Assembly: GCA_047967505.1 (NCBI GenBank)
Contig: CM106538.1
DNA: 64,000 nucleotides
Reading direction: 5' to 3' (one strand)
From: Dipteris shenzhenensis
Lineage: Eukaryota
Part shown: positions 59,363 to 64,000 of the stretch, piece after piece
Layout of the letters: the number at the start of each line of letters is the position of its first letter
How positions within the stretch are numbered: position 1 is the first letter of the stretch
The notes under the pieces: generated by a model
Seen by the model: the letters and a program-made list of their open reading frames with translations, nothing else
Told to the model about the DNA's origin: nothing
Databases searched by the model: none
Translations under genes and position numbers: made by a program

Positions 59363-62300
59363 CACAACAACACAAAGCAACTATAGACGCGCTTGGTAGA
59401 CGCGCAAAATAGCGAGCGCGTCTATAGGCATTGCTCTAGTAGAGAAATTACAGGCGTGTCTATTAGCGCGGCTAAATGCTCGTCTATTTGCGCGTCAATC
59501 ACTGCGTTTATTTGCGCGTTAGACCTGAGAAAATATGGGCCCGTCTAACATCCCGTCTATTAGCGCGTCTATTTGCGCGTGTATTTGCGCGTTTATTTGT
59601 GTGTTTACACTGAGACTCAGACGCGCATTTAGACGCGGGGTTAGACGCGCTCCAGAGAATACAGAAAGTGAGATTTTGGTGTACATCATTGCTTTCCAAA
59701 CATTGCCCATGATTACCAAAGCACATAATTTTTTGCAAGCCCACATATACAAGAATTAAGGGAAATGAGGAGAATGAGACAATATGTAAAATAGTTTTGC
59801 CAATATCAATTGTGGGGCTACGGTTCAATCTCATCCTCAATGAGATCAACCCTTGCCAAACTATCTACTTCAAAATCCAAACAAGTGTTTAGATCTACAA
59901 ATACATTCAACCCACTACTACTTGTGCCACTCATGTGCTCATCGAAATCAAGATCTCCAATGGTAGGCTCGTCCTCATGGGTAATGCCGGCCTCAATATC
60001 TATATCTCCTATCTCATGATCGTCCTCCTCTCTTGTATCACGGTCATCATCACGTCCATGGGCATGATCATCCTCCATACGCTCCATATTAGTAAATGTA
60101 CTATACATCACTTTGGAACGTGGCATAATAGGTATGACATGCCACCACCTATTATTATCCACCATTGGTTGATAGACAACCTAATTCAAACACAAATACA
60201 ATCATGTTACTTTTCTTGCATCAAATATTTAAAAGCGAGTATTTTTATGTGTGTGCACAGTACCTGTTCACATTGTTGCGGTAGTATTAGTGTGTCCTTC
60301 CTACTTTGCCAAAACTTTGTGGAGTCAATAGTTACAAAGCCACTTGCATGGCGTTTGATTGTTGCATTAGGGCCTCTTTCCACCACGTCCTTAAACCACT
60401 TTACATCCAAAACATACACAAAGAAGCGTCGAAAGTCAAGCATAATGATATCTTGGATTATGCCACAATAATCATCCATGACTCCATTGGCTCCCTCAAA
60501 GCTAGCAATGATGCCACAATCTTGTGTGTTTCTCTTATCATCAATCCGTTGTGTTCGAAAATGCTTGCCCTCACACCATATAGCATTGAACATAGTGCAC
60601 TACACCAAGAAAAAATCAATTAAATAAGCAATCTAAATTATAAAAACCTCCTAACTTATGCATAACATTCTATATACCGACCTTGCTCATGCATCCCCTA
60701 GCATACTCCCATTCTTCCATTGTGATATGCATCCCCTCGTCTTTCTCTGCTTTCTCCATTTCATCAAGTAGCCAATCCACATGAATATCCTTTGGAAGTG
60801 CTCTTAGACGCTGAGGGTATGGCACACGAGATCCGTGGTGTGTACGAAAGAGGGCCCTTTCTTCTTGTCTTCTTGCCTTTGCATCCTCGTATCTTGTCAC
60901 CCATCTTTTCATCACATCACTATTAAGCACGCAAAAGAGGTTGATACTATTACGCAACTCCGTGTCTATTACTTTGTTGCGTCCTCTTCCTTGAGGCACA
61001 ATAGAGGTCATCCTTAGGTCTTCATCTTCTCTCCATAGTCGTGGGAGAGAGCTATCCACATCAACAAGAAACTCAGAAATATATACAAGTGACTCTTGTA
61101 CCAACCAACCCTCGGCCATGCTACCTTCGGGTCTTGCATTTTGTCTCACGAAGCCCTTCAAGGTCTTCATGAAGCGCTCGAGGAAGAACAACCATCGTGC
61201 ATGTATAGTACCGCATATAGCAATCTCATCCACCAAATGCACTATGAGATGTAGTCGGCTTGTGAGAATAGAACGTGGAAATGTCTCCTCCACTAAACAA
61301 ACCGCCTCCACTGACATAACTTGAGCATTCTCAAGCGTGGTGGGATCTATTTCCTTTGAGCTCACATACCTCACAAGCTCGCCCATCTTGTAAATACAAT
61401 CTTTCACGTCCTTTGATGCACTACGTGAAATGCTAGTAGGTAGTATGAACTGAACCTGCGAGGAGGTGGTTGATTAGTTGCTTATAGCTATTCACTCACA
61501 AATTTGAAAGGAAAAAGATATTATGCATAAAAAATACTTACTTGGAGCATCTTGTGCCAATCATGAGATTTCAAGCCATATAATTGCTCTACACCTCTTT
61601 TCTTGCTCTTTGTAAAGGCTCCCTTCAAACACCTCATGCATCCAGTGGGAGTACGAATTGTAGTAATAGCGCGCTTCACTGTCGCCATCTCTAGCTTTGA
61701 TAACATCCACGGCGCACGAGGTAAAAAAACACGCCCATTTGGTCTCTCTTGAGGCCAAGCTTCACGCATCCTCCCTGTGGTATGTAGATCCTCCCTTATG
61801 CCTGCCGAATCTCGTGTCCCATTCAAATGCTCCCAAATGGTAGATGCCACATTCTTGAAGATATGCATGGGATCGAGCAGGTGATTGATCTTGAGGTGGG
61901 ACCAATATGGTAAATGATAAAAGATGGAGTATCTAAACCAAATAAAGTGTTAGCGTGCAATCCTCACTTTCAACCAATATAGCCAATCTTTACTTCCAGC
62001 CAATAGTTACAAATCCTTACCGGCTCATGCCAAGTGGTGGAGGAGTCGTGGAACCGTCCCAAATTCTTATCCAATCTCCCACGGTGAGTGATTGTGGGAG
62101 GACTTCATTCCAAGGGGCAACATATCTAGGATGATCAGGTGGGAGAAATCGATGGTGATTCTCATAGATGACCTTATTCAATGTGTCTGCCCGTGAGGCA
62201 ACTAGCGAAGGACCACAAACAGGACATGCATGGTAACCCGATGTAGTGAGACCTGAAACAATAGATGCAATTAAGAGTGGAAGGTGGGTTTAGGTTGCCA

Positions 62301-62972
62301 CGTCCTTGCCTATTCATAATTAAAAAATGCAATGCTTACTAGAACACTCGCCATAGCCTGGGAAGTCATGCATCGTCCACATCAAGATTGCTTTGCAGTT
62401 GAATTCTCGTGACGAGGGAGGCCTACTCACATCATGCACCTCGATACCTCTCCAAAGTATCTCTAGCTCATCAATCAAAGGCTCCAAATAAACATCAGGG
62501 TTTTTGACTTTATGTTTCCCTGGAACTAGAAGGGACAGCATGACATGTCCTTTCTTAATAGCCATAGAGGGTGGAAGATTGTAATTCACCAATACCACTG
62601 GCCATACACTGTAAGACGTGCTTTTGAGACCAAATGGGTTCACACCGTCCATACCCAATCCAAGTCTCAAGCTCCTAGGTTCTTCCTTGAAGCTTGGCCA
62701 TGTGTCTTCAATATGCTTCCACGCAGGAGAGTCCGCGGGAGTTCTCCACTTGCCATCGGTTGATCGATGGGAGGAATGCCATGACATGAGCTCTGCAATA
62801 GATTTGCACTTGAACATATGTTGGATGCGAGGGATTATGGGAAAATGTCGTAATACCTTACGAGGCACGTCCAAGGTTTTGAGATCTGCTCTATATCTTG
62901 CCTCTCCACAAGTAGGACACTCTCTTGCATCCTTATGTAGTCCACGAAACAAAACGCAATCGTTGACACATG
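59363..62972 (-). mobile_element. CACTA/EnSpm element: terminus, subterminal repeats and spliced TnpD-like transposase
   Basis: Degenerate CAC(T>A)ACAAC terminus at 59363 and many TAGACGCGC/GCGCGTCTA subterminal repeats at 59380-59650. Transposase motifs DGVNPFG, WTMHDFPGY, HACPVC, DPMHIFKN, LKSHDWH, HLIVHL, ERFMKTLK, PEGSMAEG. Confidence 0.9.
59818..62970 (-). pseudogene. CACTA transposase (Transposase_21/DUF4218/DUF4216-type), N-terminus lost
   Basis: Exons about 62970-62340, 62252-62021, 61932-61542, 61449-60682, 60599-60264 and 60180-59818, all with GT-AG boundaries. The 5' part is cut at ...ACVNDCVLFRG by the copia fragment. Confidence 0.85.
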
Positions 62973-62976
62973 CATC

Positions 62977-63402
62977 ATGCTAGCACGGAATCCGGTCTTT
63001 CATGCAAAGAACAAACACATTGAGGTCAGATACCATTTCATCAAGGAGGTACTTGAGGACAAGCGCATAGAGCTTGTCAAGGTTCATACAGATGATAACC
63101 CTGCAGATATGCTGACAAAGAGTCTACCTAGTCAGCAGTTTGAGTATTGTCGTGTATTGATGGGCGTTGGATAGTATGCTCACTGGTTGTTCTCCCTTAA
63201 AGGCACATTGTCCTTTAAGTGGGAGGTTGTGGGGGTTAAAGGTCACTGTGCCTTTACCCCAATTATGTACAATACTCAAACACATATAAATGAATGAAAA
63301 AGAAGATTAGGGTGGTTCTGCACCCACCAAACTTGTGTGGCTCTCTATCTCTCTCTCTCTCTCCTTCTTCCATTCTTGCTTCTGTTGAGAGCACTCTCAG
63401 TA
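62977..63402 (+). mobile_element. 3' end of a second copy of the short-LTR copia family (RNase H tail, PPT, LTR)
   Basis: LARNPVFHAKNKHIEVRYHFIKE...VGVG-type tail nearly identical to 51000-51190. PPT AAGTGGGAGGT; LTR 63228-63402 matches 51248-51422. Confidence 0.93.
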
Positions 63403-64000
63403 TGATGTTGTGTTTGTATATATGCATGAGGAGCATATTCTCATGGTGTTGTTTATTCCATGAATATTATGGTTGACATTTATTTGTTGCAATGTATGAA
63501 TCATGATGTAGTTTTTGTTGATTATACACCAATTTGTGACTTATTACTTAAGTGGCATTTAGTCATGATATTTATATATTTATTTGATGCAGACAATTTT
63601 ATGATATGAATGTGTGATGATGTAATTATTTGGAAATATAACCTTGTGTGATGAGAATTTTGATATGAATATGTGATGATGTAATATTTGTAATATATTT
63701 CACTCCAAAGTATCAATTCCCAATGCTCCACTCACTTAAAGTACAACATTCCCAATGCTCTGAAAAATTTTATTTAGTTGGACAGAGTCTCCAGTCACTT
63801 AAAGTAGAGCATTTCCAATGCGCCTCTCACTTATTCCAACCCTTATCCTTATCATAGCGAACACATCGTGCCTTAGTGCACTTATATTCTTCCATCGTAG
63901 TCCTTCCACAAACACTCTCTTATTTCTTACATCCTAGTCCTTCTGATTAACTTATATTCGTCTTTCACTTTACGTCTTCCCTGACTTTCTATCACCCTTG

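Noticed and set aside
59935-60623. Plus-strand ORFs over the CACTA region
   Set aside because: Antisense shadows of the transposase exons.

Overview
Eukaryotic, land-plant nuclear DNA. It is about 90% transposable-element debris, and the repeat repertoire suggests a large-genome seed-free plant such as a fern (inference only). There are two host genes. One is a minus-strand, multi-exon tyrosylprotein sulfotransferase (TPST; five exons between 486 and 5179, continuing off the left edge). The other is an intronless NSP2-like GRAS transcription factor (about 56501/56756-57919). Between them lie nested elements: a full-length but decayed L1-type LINE with an 18-bp TSD inside a tandem repeat; several Ty1/copia remnants; a Ty3/gypsy element with paired LTRs and a tRNA-His primer-binding site; a DUF7869/Sola-like transposase remnant; a spliced CACTA transposase; MITEs with 4-bp TSDs; a 1-kb array of alternating inverted repeats; and a fragment of a mitochondrial linear-plasmid-type RNA polymerase. 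The most striking item is a decayed, intron-containing transposase at about 21.4-22.5 kb whose motifs line up co-linearly with the RAG1/Transib catalytic core, a family not classically described in land plants. All family calls come from recalled motifs, not database searches.
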